Below are positions 14,998-27,815 of a stretch of DNA of 64,000 nt, piece by piece. How positions within the stretch are numbered: the stretch's first letter is position 1; each line of letters opens with the position of its first letter. The notes beneath the pieces are model-generated. The model was not told the origin of the DNA, did no database searches, and saw only the letters and a list, made by a program, of their open reading frames with translations. Source of the DNA: Octopus bimaculoides (Eukaryota); contig NC_068985.1 of assembly GCF_001194135.2 (NCBI RefSeq), forward strand, positions 26,228,550 through 26,292,549. The letters are read 5' to 3'. The position numbers and the translations under genes were made by a program.

Positions 14998-17900
14998 TAG
15001 ATCTTGTGGAGGCACGTAGCTTGGTGGTTAGGGTGTTGCACTCATGATTGTAAGATTGTGGTTTTGATTTCGGGACTGGATTATGCTTTGAGTTCTTGAG
15101 CAAAAGACTTCATTTAATGTTGCTTCAATCCACTTAGCTGGCAAAAATGAATAATCTTGTAGTAGTAGTAGTAGTAGTGAGACGAGGAGGAGGCATCCTT
15201 CATTTGGGACTGGCTATGGCCTATAAAACTAGAGTGACATTCGGGAAACATGTTTAGCTGTTAAGTATGGAAATCCTATGCTTTAGAGATGTGAGGATCC
15301 TTCTCAATCTCATTAATAAGTGACTATGCTTCACAAAGGAGGTCTAATAAAACTGAAACATATCCAAAGTTTTCAGTGTCTGCCAAAAATGAAATTATTA
15401 TTACCTCTATGCATTGCTTATTTTCAATTTTAGCGTTAATTCACTGGTGTGTTAACCCATTCCAGAGAATTTTATTTTTTTTTTTGAGTTATCATCCCTG
15501 TTTCTAATTTAATATTCAAGCTATGCTTAATTAAATGTCATTCTTACCACATTATATTTTAGTGCTTGCTTCACTATTTTGACAATAGTTTGGATGCAGC
15601 AGTTGCCGAAAGGAAGACAAGTAATCAGTCTATTCTCTTAGGGTAGCCACACTATATTTTCTGTTAGGAACTACTTCTCTTAGTCTTTGACTTTTCCAAG
15701 GCACGCTTAGATCATGAATATTTAAGGTTCAAATAATGATGGCATATTTGATGAAACATAATATGTATGGATGTATAATAATATGTGTAATAATACAAAA
15801 CATATGTATGGATGCCGGTGGCACGTAAAAGCACCCACTACACTCTCTGAGTGGTTGGCGTTAGGAAGGGCATCCAGCTGTAGAAACTCTGCCAGATCAG
15901 ATTGGAGCCTGGTTCGCCAGTCCTCAGTCAAATCGTCCAACCCATGCTAGCATGGAAAGCAGACGTTAAACGATGATGATGATGATGATGATGATAATGG
16001 ATGGCTAATTTCTGTAAATGGTAAGAAGTATTAACTCCGCAATTATTGATAAAGAAGTTGTTAAAAACTAAAGAAAGTATTATTAAAAGCTAGGCAGAAT
16101 TATATTTTGATTTGAATAAAAAAGAAAAGGAGTTTCAGTTTTTAAATTTGTAATATAAAAAAAATGTTTCCACTGTCTTGAAATATTTTTGCATTGAACA
16201 TTAGTCATTTTGTTTGTGGTTCTGCTTTTCGTGTTTAGCCTTGCCTATGCCCGGATATCAAGAGGAGAACTGAGTGACACAGAAATTCAAATGGCTAAAT
16301 TTAAAATCCCCAAAAATCCTTCTTCTTACAAAGATAACTATAAAGTCCTTCACAGACATGAAGATGTGCCTGAGTATCAACGTTTCTCAAGAAAGTACGT
16401 AAAAGAGTAAATTCTGTTTATTTTCTTTCTAAGTAAAACTTTTAATTTTAATTCTAATTGCAATCTTATAATTGATGAATTTCAAAGTTGTTCACATACA
16501 TCTTCTGTATTCAGAGATTTGTAAACAATCCTTTTTTTTTTATCTTTTCCATTTGCTCATATATAAGTCTATCTTATTATGTCAGTTCATTTTAAATATT
16601 ACACGAGTCACATTGTCTGAGTTGGATTACTGACATGATCATTATAATTTCAAACTTTGCCATTGCTACCACTTTTACACTGAGAAAAGGTTACCTCAGT
16701 CTGTCTTACTCACTAAAGATGCTACTTCTGTGTTAATAAGTTAATTGCAGCTCATCATCATCATTTAACATCCACTTTCCATGGGTTATAAAAACTATTT
16801 GTCCAGCAATATGCAAACGTTAGTAGAAATTAAAAAAAGGTGCATTCAACCCAAGAGAGCATTGAAAAACACATGGAAAATAGTTTTAAAATTTTTCATA
16901 GTAATATTTTTCATTGTAGCCGAATGCTCGCATTAGTTCATCGAAGATTATATATTTTCTTCTCTCTCTCTCTCTCTCTCTCCCCAACTCCTGCTACTGA
17001 GATCAACATGGTTAACATCTGCCTTGAGCATGTGCAAATTGATGGCTGCAGGAAACATATGGGCAGGGAGAATGACATACTATAGAGGAAGGACTGGAAT
17101 TAAAGTGGTTAGGAGGCCTGGGATTGGTAGACATAATATGGGTGACAAGAGGTGAGTCAAGTCAACCAGGAATGCCTGAGTGAAGGTGGCACAGACCAGC
17201 CTACTTTCAGGAGAAGTGGCCATCAAAGTAATGGAAAAGGCTGAGTGAGAAGATAGTATATCTGTTGATCAAAGCCTGGGGTGTGGTGGTGAAGGATTTC
17301 AGGCTACTCAGTTAGATACCCTTCTTTTTTTAGATACTGTTTAGGGTGTCTGTATGCATAGCAACAACACTGTTCCATGTAATGGAGCAGTACTTCAATG
17401 TGGGTCTGACTCAAGCTTTGTAAAGTGTTAGCAGTTATTGTAGGCTGAAGAGAAAGACCAGCCTTTATAGTGCAGTCTTAGTGAAATCCTCTGATTACAA
17501 AGCCTGGTAATTGTAGCAACCATGATAATTCTAGTTGCATGTTGTTTATTTGAGCAGAGGAATATGATATTGTGTTCTTGATATACATAGACCTGTCTCT
17601 ATATGTTGAAGGAAATAAGATTGTCATGATTCCATTGTAGAATGTCTCTGAGGTCTCTGATCATGGAGATAATGCAGGTTTGTCTGAAGTATCTAAGTTG
17701 AATATGGATAACAGTTAGGTGCAGAAAGTTAGGGAAGAATGAAAAGCAGTATCATCTACACAGAAGCAGGCATTTGTTGGTGATAACAAGTAGGTTGTTA
17801 ATGTGTAGAAGGATGGATGTGGGTACAACATTAGAATTGATATAATGTAGGTTAGAGAGAGCTCCATCAACATATGTAAGCCCAACAGCAGGTAGTTTAT

Positions 17901-19826
17901 GTTAGGCATTTACATGCCAAACTTGGTTGAATGCTTTACAAAATGTCAAATGCAATGCTTGCATGAAATTTCTAAAGAGCAAGGGTTTATTAGTAAGTGA
18001 CAAAGGAGAGGAGCAGGGCCCCATTAGATTTGGCTTTATGAAAGTTATACTAGTGGTCATTAAGGAGCGAGACAGAATCAAAGTGTTGGTTGTTAATGGC
18101 TGTTGCTATCACTTTTTTAGATGTTGGAAATGAAAGCAATAAATCAGTAGTTGACAAGGTAAAAGTAGTTGCCCTTCATGAAAATCAGGTGCACTGTTGG
18201 GTCTTTCCAAAGACTGAGATATATCTCAGGGGTGGGGAAGAGACATTGAAGGTCAGTATCAGAATAGGGGCTAACTTTGGGTTTAATTATATGAGAGCAA
18301 TGGAAGGATCATTGTCAGATATAGTGTGACCGTGGTGATTTGAAGTAAATACAGGTCTTTTCACACGTGGTGTATGTATGTATGTGTGCATGATGCACTT
18401 GGTAGAGTGGAGAGGGATGATTCTGGAGATGATTTACCTAATAGGTGCCACGTTAAGTTGGATGCAAAGTAAGCTGTGAATGGAGTGGTTTTTTTCACTA
18501 TGAAAGTACTGCTTACAGCACCCAGGTAGTTGTGAAGGGGAAGAGAAGGAAGAGGATTCTACAAAGTTGGAAGAGATGCTTTTGGTTAAAGGCCAAAATG
18601 ATTGGCTGCTGTTTGGGAAATGATACAATTTGTGGGCTGTGTGAAGCAGTAAAAGCTATCCAGCTTGTTGGATGGTTTTCTCCAAATGTTGTAGGCCATC
18701 TTCTTTGCTCAAACTACTACCATACAGCTATGAGTGAGCTCTTTCAAAGATTTTGTTTGTATGTGGAATGTGCAAGGACACACCCAAGAGGATGGTTTTA
18801 ATTACCTGAATGTGATGGAGTGTTTTGCATAGCATGTGAATGTGTAGTAAAGCAGTAGTCAGACAGTTTTATAGGTGTAGAGATGGTGTTGGTTCAGTAA
18901 AACTGTGTTTGGCGGTGAGAAAGAAATCCTGGGTGTATTGCATATCTGTGTATGGAATAATAGTAATTAACTGATACTAGCAATGTGATTTTGCTTGGTG
19001 TAAGGTGGCGTGCTGGTAGAATCTTTAGCATGCCAGGTAAAAATGCTTAGCAGTATTTCATCCATCTTTATTTTCTGAGTTCAAATTCTGCTAAGGTTGA
19101 CTTTGCCTTCCATCCTTTTAGGGTCAATAAAATATGTACCAGTTAAGCACTGGGGTTAATGTAATCGACTTACCCTGCTCCCCCAAATTGCTGGCCTTGT
19201 GCCAAAATTTGAAACCAATATTTCTTTTGATGCTTTGTAAGATACATAATTTTGAATGTTCTTAAACCCTTTAACATTCAGATTATTCTGGCAAATATAA
19301 TACTTGTTTTGGTCACATTGTTTTGAATTAATTATGCATTATCTCATAGCCTCAAGATTTCAGTGATGAGACCATTTATTTTTAAAATGTTATTATTGAG
19401 TAAGTATTTGAATATAAAACAGGTACAATACACGGGCCAAATATGGTTGTTTTAAATGCTTATGGGTTAAATATGAATGTAATTTGTGCTTTTACGCTCT
19501 TTAATGTGTTTTCTATAATACTGTTAACCAATGCAGTTTTCTCTACAACTCATAAGTTACAGATTCACATTTGAACAGTTAATATTCTCTTTAGCTATCA
19601 TTAAGAGCCTGTTGAATTCTAGGTGTGCTTATAGATTTCTCTTATATTTATATTTCTAATATATATACTTGTGTGTGTACGTTTAAATATTGTCAGAATT
19701 ATTTGCTATTGCATTAAACGTTTAAAAACTTTACCTTGCAGATTTGGTCATTATTACCCAACTGCAGCTCCATCTAGTCAAGGTGAACAGCTGTACCAAA
19801 TGGCAACCCCAAAATATTTTGTTTGA
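1282..19826 (+). CDS. CWH43: CWH43 / PGAP2-interacting protein (GPI-anchor lipid remodelling), 3' part; the gene starts upstream of the window
   Basis: Exons 1282-1518, 3518-3589, 4277-4347, 6243-6345, 7646-7781, 8264-8328, 9680-9821, 13802-13951, 16239-16394, 19742-19826 (TGA), all AG/GT bounded with consistent phases. Peptides [91 protein letters not shown] and terminal TPKYFV match recalled human CWH43 motifs. Confidence 0.95.
1660..1838 (+). mobile_element. SINE family A copy
   Basis: Core and (GAT)n tail present; CpG-decayed. Confidence 0.8.
1981..2336 (+). mobile_element. tRNA-derived SINE family D with 11-bp TSD
   Basis: tRNA-like head (TGGCCCAGTGGTTAG; GGTTTCGATTCCC); TSD ACTATTAGACC at 1970-1980 and 2337-2347; homologous to 27328-27722. 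Confidence 0.9.
10270..10464 (+). mobile_element. SINE family A copy (young)
   Basis: Near-consensus, CpGs retained, long (GAT)n tail. Confidence 0.9.
11046..11362. mobile_element. hAT-type MITE nested in a family A SINE
   Basis: Ends CAGGGCTTGCCAAC / GTTGGCCAGGCCTG; 8-bp TSD ATTTAACC / ATCTAACC; the host SINE resumes after the TSD. Confidence 0.8.
15813..15996 (+). mobile_element. SINE family A copy (young)
   Basis: Near-consensus with (GAT)n tail. Confidence 0.9.
17050..18960 (-). mobile_element. Degenerate CR1/L2-group LINE RT region
   Basis: Minus-strand remnants CVDDTAFH (YADD-like) and [12 protein letters not shown] (VRPHLEYCS-like); many stops; boundaries approximate. Confidence 0.6.
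19000..19220 (+). mobile_element. SINE family B copy
   Basis: GACTTTGCCTT(T)CATCCTTT..GGGTCAATAAAA core shared with 45051-45258 and 36515-36735. Confidence 0.8.
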
Positions 19827-22800
19827 AAAGTTTTTTTAAATCTCCATTGTATGGAAATGGGAGTATATTTTTGTGCTTGGGTTATATTTTTTATTATAAA
19901 ATGGATTAGTGGTCTTTATTTTTTCATAAATTTTATATTTTATTTTCCTTTTTATTTGACAAACATTCAAGCTCTATTAACATTTTGCATTTTTTGTTGT
20001 GGAGGAACTTTTGATATATTCTTTTAATATTCACTGGTGAAGCTCAGTTCCTACTGCTATCATTTATGTTATTTTATTATTATAACTGATAACAAAAAAT
20101 ACATCCCAATGGTTTACTCCAAAAGCATAATATGATGAAAATAAGATGTATCTATAATGTGATGTGTTACTTCAACAGAATATTTATTACATGTAATTGT
20201 TTGAGTGGTGTTCTGATTAAGCTTTTGTGTTACAGAAAAGAGGGCAAATTTATACGTTTACAGCTCCTAAAGTGATAAATGTGAGTGTAGCTTTTTTTAT
20301 ATCTATTGGAATTTATTTCCACCAAAAAGAAAGACAAAGCTTGCCAAAAGTTATTTTTTCTTATAAAGTTAAAATGTACATTAATTGTTTTTGCTGGATA
20401 GCCCTGATTAGATTTGTTTCAAAGTATCTATAGCAAAGACATGCTACAGGTTTGCTTGATTGATGCATAGGAGTAACTGACAATTGTAGTACCTCTTGTT
20501 ATGCTAGATAGGTCTGGCATGTGAAATTCAGCATGTGATCACTACATTAGCTATGATCATTTTAGCTTTATCTATGTCATACTATTTTAAAAGTTATAAC
20601 TTAAAGCTTGTGATCCTCATTTTAAAGACCTCAGTGTCCTTGTTGAGGGAGATTTAGCTGATATATTGAGCAAGTTAAACAACTACATAAAAGCTCCTAT
20701 TACTGGCTTGAATATTTTAAGTTAAACTTAAAAATGAATTCATCACAGGAGGACCAAACTACAACTAGTTGCATATATTGAGCAGAAATTCTCAAAACCG
20801 TAATCTCAAGACTGTAAATCCTAGAAAAGTTGTCTTTCATGATGCACTCTTGCTTCCTTTTGAATGTTTGGTTGGATGAAAGCGTATTACTATGGAAATG
20901 TAAATATATATATATATTATTATGGATCTGATTTATAAAGAAATGGAAGTTGTCAAAGTTGCACATTCAACTACAGAACTGATATATTCTTGCCAGGTGA
21001 ACTCTTTTGGAGTAATGCTCTCAAAAGATTTTAAATGAAAAACTAATCTATTTAATGTCTTAAATCAAAATATATTTTTATATATTCATTATATATATAT
21101 CAGGTTGGTATTAAAGCAAGTCTTTTAACTTTTTGAATGAAAAGGCTTGATTGGGTTTTATTTACTCTAGATATTCTGAAAACTACACCTTTATCCTGTT
21201 TGTATCGGGTGTAATATATATGATGAGAGTAGATTTTGATTATAAAATTCTTTTTAAATCTCCTAAATTTTGTGAAAATCAATTTTTAAATATATTTTGG
21301 ACAAATTACAAGAAATATTTTCAGTTTTATAACACTAAAATGAAAAACAAACAAACAATATAACTTAGATGTCACACCGGTAAGGAATATTCAGTCTTTT
21401 AACTGAGAGTTGAAACTGATTAAGTCAGTACTGGCCCTTTTGTCTGAAGGGTCAGTTATTTGTATTCTATCATCTCCACTATACAGTGTCTTTGGCCCAG
21501 TCTACCTTGCCATAAAATAAGTGCCATGAGAAGGTATAGTTCACTTTTATATGCAGTAGGGCTTTGGATGATTTGCTTTGTTAAGTTATAGTACTAAGCT
21601 CTGATCTTCCTCTGAATAGGTAAAAGCAGCCAACGGATAACTACTTCAGAGTATCCTCTTTTAAATAACTGCATGAAGAGGGAGTTGACAATGGTATTTA
21701 TATTATTTGTATTTCTTGAATTCTTTTTAAAGGGGCATAATTTCACTGTGTGATATTACATGACTTGGTTTACCAGCTAATTAGTTGAATAAAAGGGAAA
21801 CTAAATCATTAAAATTAAACTGTTTAATTTTACTGAAATTAGTTTATTTATTGTTACTTTTCTTTGTTGGATGCATTTTTACACAGTTTTTTTTTCTTTT
21901 GTTCTTCTTGAGACCTGATTTTATTCAACAGGTTGTAAATAAATATGAGAAGAGATTTGATAATTATATTTCAGTTTTATATTCATATATTTTTGTGAGA
22001 GTAAATCATCATTTTCCCTGATATTATTTATGGCAGATAAGTACAAGAATGCCTGGAATCTTTTGATTCTCCATTCAACCAATGGATTATGGAATGTCTC
22101 TTATAGCATTTCGTTAACTGCTTTACTTTACAATGCCACCAGAGGATATTAAACATTTTATTAATTGCTTTTCTGTTCACAAGGTCAGAAAATATTTAAC
22201 ATTTTGTCATTTGCTTAATAACAATTGGAACTAGTGAAAAGCTTCCAATATATTTATTTGTGGTATCAAACAAATCTAACCTTTTATATGCTTGGAATTC
22301 TTGGTAATTTTTTAAAAAACATATGTGAATTTGCAAAAGGAATTCTGTTAACTAAATAGTCCTATAAAAATAAAATATATATTGTTATCTATTTTGTGTT
22401 GCAATAAACCTTTTTCAGCTAATTTGATTTTGTAATTATTACAGATGCATGAATGAATGTTTGAATATTTTTATAATTTTTTAAAATTGAGGTATGAAGA
22501 CAATTTTATACAAGTAAGCTCTAGCCATTTAACCCCTTAGCATTCATTTTTTTCTGTCAAATGTACTGCCTATTTATTCACATTGATATGAATTAGTCAT
22601 GTACTACCTTGTAGCTTTGTAACTTATTTTCTTTAGGCATAGGCCTAGGAGCAGCTGATCTACCATAGCTATATACATATGCCCAGGGGCTAAACATCAA
22701 CCTCAGTGTCTTCAATACTGCTGGCGTCACTGTTGAAAATTGCAAGATTGAAATTGTATACATTTCAAATATCTTCATGTCCTGAATCATCAGATTATCA

Positions 22801-23149
22801 GCATTTGATTTACCATATATAATCTAAAGTTTTGATCTCTCTGATTAAAAATATTTCTAGTTACAGTAATAGTAGTCGTCACCATCTATTATATCGTAAT
22901 GACACTAGCCATCTCCAGTGGATACTTCAAAAAGTAAATAAAGTTTTAAACTGAATGTAGAAAATGTATGTCACCATGGCGACTAAAAGATTAATCAACA
23001 AGCATTCCCATTCATAACTAAATCTTTACAAAAGAACTTGTATGTCACTATTTCAAAGTTTACATCATCATTGGTTTAGCATGGATCAGATAGAAATAGT
23101 TGAGGTAAATGTTTTTATAGTTGGATGTTCTTCCTGTTGCCAATGCTCA

Positions 23150-23420
23150 CCTGCGTGGCACTTTGGGCAAGTGTCTTCTTCTATAGCCTCAGGCTGACCA
23201 AAGCCTTGTGAGTGGATTTGGTAGACGGAAAGTGAAAGAAGCCCATTGAATATATATATATATCATGGAGAAGGGATCGGGCCGTCGCCAAAACGATGAT
23301 ATATACTTGTGTGTCTGTGTTCCTCCCCACTACCATCGCTTGATAATTGATGTTGGTGTGTTTACATCCCTGTAACTTAATGGTTTGGCAAAAGTGACTG
23401 ATAGAATAAGTGCTAGGGTC
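23150..23420 (+). mobile_element. SINE family C copy (truncated)
   Basis: GGCAAGTGTCTTCT...GTGAGTGGATTTGGTAGACGGAAA core shared with 35362-35737, 46180-46555 and 50060-50460. Confidence 0.8.
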
Positions 23421-23423
23421 AAT

Positions 23424-23790
23424 CTATTTCAGTCATTTGACTGTGGCCATGCTGGAGCACTCCCTTTAGTCGAGAAAATCATCCCCAGGACTTACTTTGT
23501 AAGCCTAGTACTTATTCAATCAGTCTCTTTTGCCGAACCGCTAAGTTACTTGGACGTAAATACACCAGCATCGGTTGTCAAGCGATGTTGGGAGACAAAC
23601 ACAGATATACAAACACACACACACACACATACATACATACAACGGGCTTCTTTCACTTTCCGTCTACTAAATCCACTCACAAGGCTATAGTAGAAGACAC
23701 TTGCCAAAAGTGCCACACAGTGGGACAGAACCTGGAACCATGTGGTTAGGAAGCAAGCTACTTACCACACAGTCACACTTGCGCCTATAT
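23424..23790 (-). mobile_element. SINE family C copy
   Basis: Near full-length reverse copy abutting the preceding forward copy. Confidence 0.85.
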
Positions 23791-23815
23791 GTCTCTATAT
23801 ATATATCACTATATA

Positions 23816-25089
23816 TTGGGTTGTCCAGAAAGTTCGTGCTGATTTTTAAAGGAAAGAAAAAGGTCAATAAATACTTGCCATTACATTTTTAATCAACCAA
23901 ATATGAACCATTTTGTTGCACAATGCGTCTCCATCTTTCCTTTAACTTGAAAATACCCTCTTCCCAGAATTGAGGTGGTTTCAGGGCAAAGAATTCATCA
24001 AGGTATCTTTTTACATCATCCAAGGAATTGAAATTTTTACCATTAAGACTATTCTGCAGAGACCTGAGTAAGTGGAAATCCAAAGGAGCAATATCTGGTG
24101 AATATGGAGGGTGGGGTAACACATCCCAGCTGAGCTGCAGCAATTTTTGCTTGGTTCCCAAAGAAACGTGCAATCTTGCATTATCATGTTGGAAAACAAC
24201 ACCATTCCTGTTGGCCGATTCTGGACGTTTCTCTTGAATTGCTGCTTTTAACTCATACAGTTGCGTGCAGTATTTCTCAGAATTAACTGTCTGGTTACTT
24301 GGGAGAAACTCCCAAATAATAGTACAGAATTCCTTTCCAATCCCACCAGACACAAAGCAAGACTCTTTTTGGGTGAAGACCCGCTTTTGGGGTAGCTAAG
24401 GGTGGCTCATGTCACTTACTCTAAACATTTCAGTAGATAATCCATTTCTCATCACCTGTCACAATTTGCTTTAATAAAAGCGCATTTTCACTCTGTTTAT
24501 AAAGTGAATCACAGATGGAAATGCAATCCAAAAGGTTCTTCTCACTCATCTCATGTGGTACCCAAACATCGTAGCGATTTGTGTACTCAAGCTTTACCAG
24601 GTGCTCATGAACAACAGATTTTGATAGGTTGAGGCTTTCTGCCAATTCTTGGGTTGTGCAATGTGGGTTATTCTCAATTAATGACTTGATTTGGTCATTA
24701 TCTGTAGTGGATGGTCTGCCTGATCACTCTGTATCAATAAGGCTACAATCTCCAGCTTGGAACCTTGCGAACCACTTCTGTACAGTTCTTTCGGATAAAG
24801 AAACATCACCGTAAACTGCGCATATTTCTTTGGTTGCTTGTGAGGCATTTTTCCCTTTATGGAAAAAGAAAAGCATCAAGTGCCGAAAATGAACTATTTT
24901 ATCTTCCATTTTAAAAGGTTACAGAATTAACACAGGTTATAGGAACATAAACCTTCTTCCCCGAAAAGATAGCTTAAACTGTGCTCTAAATGGAGGTGTA
25001 GTCAAATCCTATTTTACGGACTCAACCATGTTCTAAAATAAGTTGAAAGGTAAGCTACTATAAATCAGCAAACTTTCCGGACAACCCTA
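23816..25089 (-). mobile_element. Full-length inactive mariner transposon (about 1.27 kb, DD34D, mellifera-subfamily-like)
   Basis: TIRs TTGGGTTGTCCAGAAAGTTCGTGCTGATTT / AAATCAGCAAACTTTCCGGACAACCCTA flanked by TA. Broken transposase: MEDKIVHFRHLMLFFFHKGKNASQA, WVPHEM, IVTGDEKWIIY, CVWWDWKG, FQHDNARLH, HPPYSPDIAPLDFHL. Confidence 0.93.
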
Positions 25090-25409
25090 TATATTCACAT
25101 GTGTATATGTAAATATCTATGGCTTATATATCAAGCCCATTCATGTTTACCTGCATCACTAACCCCACCCTATCTTGCTCTCCACAGTGAGCTTTTTTCA
25201 GCTTCTTTCTACAAAATCCACTCAAGCTCTTGGTTGGCCCAAGATTATAGAACATACTTGCCCAAGGTACCATGCAGAGGGATTGAACTTGAAACAATGT
25301 GGTTGGGAATCAAATGTCTTAACCATGCAGACATCCCTATGTCTATATGTCTTAAATTAAACTTCATTGGTTGATAGAGATGCTAGTGATACTTGCACTG
25401 GATTGCAAA

Positions 25410-25630
25410 TTAAATGAAGAGTATGGTGGTATGCCATGAAACGAAGATGGATAAAGTACCAGGATATCCTAGAGAAATGAAATTGTGGAAGAGGAAGACA
25501 TGGTCAGAAGTGGTAAAAGTTGATGTTAATATGTTGAACCTCTCAAAAGAGATGGGCAAAAGAATATGATAAATTGTGAGATGCTGTGTTGGAGATATTT
25601 GTCCAGTCTATGCAAGCATGGAAAGGGAAT
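25410..25630 (+). mobile_element. 3' end of an RTE-clade LINE
   Basis: Decayed ORF end reading RKTWSEVVKVDVNMLNLSKEM, ending in ATGCAAGCATGGAAA as in SINE family A tails. Confidence 0.55.
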
Positions 25631-26129
25631 ATGAAGGTGAGTGGCCTAGTGGTTAGGGTGTTGAGGTCATGATCATAAATTCACAGGTTTAATTTCTGGA
25701 CTGGGTTGCACATTGTGTCCTTGACCAATGTGCTTCCTTTCATGTTGCTTCAGTCTACTTATCTGAAAATGAGAGCCAACTTAATATTGGTGTAACCTTG
25801 TTTCCTCTCAGATGTCACATCTTTTGTGCTCAGAATTGTTGAAACATGGAATAAACTACCTGCATCAGTTATTAGCTGTCAAGACACTACATCCTTCAAA
25901 ACTTCCATACTTCTTGAAATTTGCCAACAGTACATCCTGATGTTTTTTTTTTATCAGTTGTGATGCACCTGAGCACTGTATACAACAATTTCATCATTAT
26001 TATATAAAAAAAGATATATAGTAGACAAAAGTTGGATGTTTTAGCATTCTGCTGATCTAATTAACAAAGTATAGTATTTGCTATCTATATATAATACATT
26101 AAAAGTGAAATTCAATCTTGCTTGCTTGC

Positions 26130-26757
26130 AATGTTACACAGACAAATTGATGCATAATGGGAAAATACTTTGAGAGTAAAGCGCCCCTGAAATGTGAATA
26201 CGAACAGAATAAAACAAGTTTCGCATAAATCGGACGTATAGTTATTGAGATATTCGAGGTTTTGGGGGGTAAAATACCAAAAATAGTGCATAATGGAAAA
26301 TACTTCCAAAAGAATTTAACCCTGGAAGGGAAGAAACTCTAACCTTTCCATTACACACATTATGATGGGCAAAATATTTTAAAGTGAAAATAAGTTTAAA
26401 AATACGGTAAATATTTCGTAAAAGACTTATTTGTAACCTCAGGTTCCTTTCGTGTGCATTCAACATATCTCACCTCCAAAGATTTGGCTGCTATTTCTAG
26501 CACGCCCTGCCATCACATAACAACTATTTGCGATAAAGGACCCGAAATACATACCTGTTACGTGGTAGCAGAGCATACAAAAAATAGCAACCAAATATTT
26601 TTTTTCTGGGGAAAGGAGCCGATTATGCGTGATTTCGATGTCACGTTCGTTGAAAGCAAGCGAAATAACATGGAACCCCCCCCCCCCATAAAACAAAACT
26701 CCGTTACAGGGAAACTCAAACTTTCACGGTGACCTAACGGGTAACGGGTAGTCTAGT
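26130..26757 (+). mobile_element. Possible Helitron-type non-autonomous element
   Basis: CpG-rich block ending CACGGTGACCTAACGGGTAACGGGTAGTCTAG|T, resembling a Helitron 3' end; 5' end not defined. Confidence 0.35.
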
Positions 26758-27327
26758 TTTTATAAAAGTTGTGCTAACATAAATTGTGTGATTGTTTATT
26801 TAAGTTGACACTGTATTTAATTGTAGTCTGTGGACTTATTTCATTGAGTTGGTTGTTAATTCATCCTTAAAAGTAGTCCATAAGATTGATATTCCTTAAA
26901 CTTTTAAGCAATTGTAGTGTTCTGTAGACTCTACAGATATTGTGAAGATGATACATTCTTAAACGCAGAATAGTGCTTTATCAACCCAACAGTTTACTAT
27001 TGTATATCACGTGGAATGCTTTTTGTGGGTTATGGCTGTTTAGTCCCAGATCAGTCCCGACTGTGCAGACCTATGATCAAAGTTTTCCGATCATGATTGC
27101 TTTGTCTTTTTCTCTGGCATTATGCATCTTGAACTATATTACGTTTTCTCCTTTTGACCTAGCTCTTTCTAGTACACGTCTTTGCGATATCAGTGATTAT
27201 ACAATCCATGCATCCCACTACAGTCCGTGAACAACTGTTCTGTAATTCTTCTGTTATTATTTATAGTCAATGTCAACAGGCTACATTAAACAGAATAAAA
27301 TAAAATTCAAGTAAAGGAATTGCGGAT

Positions 27328-27722
27328 AATATTGTTGTTGTTGGCACTCCATCGCTTACGACGTCGAGGGTTCCAGTTGATCCGATCAATGGAACAGCCT
27401 GTTCGTGAAATTAACGTGCAAGTGGCTGAGCACTCCACAGACACGTGTACTCTTAACGTAGTTCTCGGGGATATTCAGCGTGACACAGAGTGTGACAAGG
27501 CTGACCATTTGAATTACAGGTACAACAGAAACAGGAAGTAAGAGTGAGAGAAAGTTGTGGTGAAAGAGTACAGCAGGGTTCGCCACCAACTCTTGCCGGA
27601 GCCTCTTGGAGCTTTAGGTGTTTTCGCTGAATAAACACTTACAACGCCCGGTCTGGGAATTGAAACCGCGATCCTATGACCGCGAGTCCGCTGCCTTAAC
27701 CACTGGGCCATTGTGCCTCCAC
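27328..27722 (-). mobile_element. tRNA-derived SINE family D (young), just upstream of the C9orf78 ATG
   Basis: Full-length reverse copy; TSD TGCGGAT at 27321-27327 and 27723-27729; CpGs retained. Confidence 0.92.
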
Positions 27723-27815
27723 TGCGGATCATATATACAATAGGAATTGAGATTTGCTGACACCGCAAGAATTGAAGTCAATCTTCTGTCAATAAGTTAA
27801 ATTAGAAATATTAAC

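Noticed and set aside
21566-21604. Possible C/D-box snoRNA (ATGAT...CTGA)
   Set aside because: C box imperfect, span too short and no terminal stem.
22030-22190. Protein-like stretch with a donor-like GTCAG downstream of CWH43
   Set aside because: Longest frame is about 40 codons, no recognisable homology, and CWH43 already terminates at 19826.
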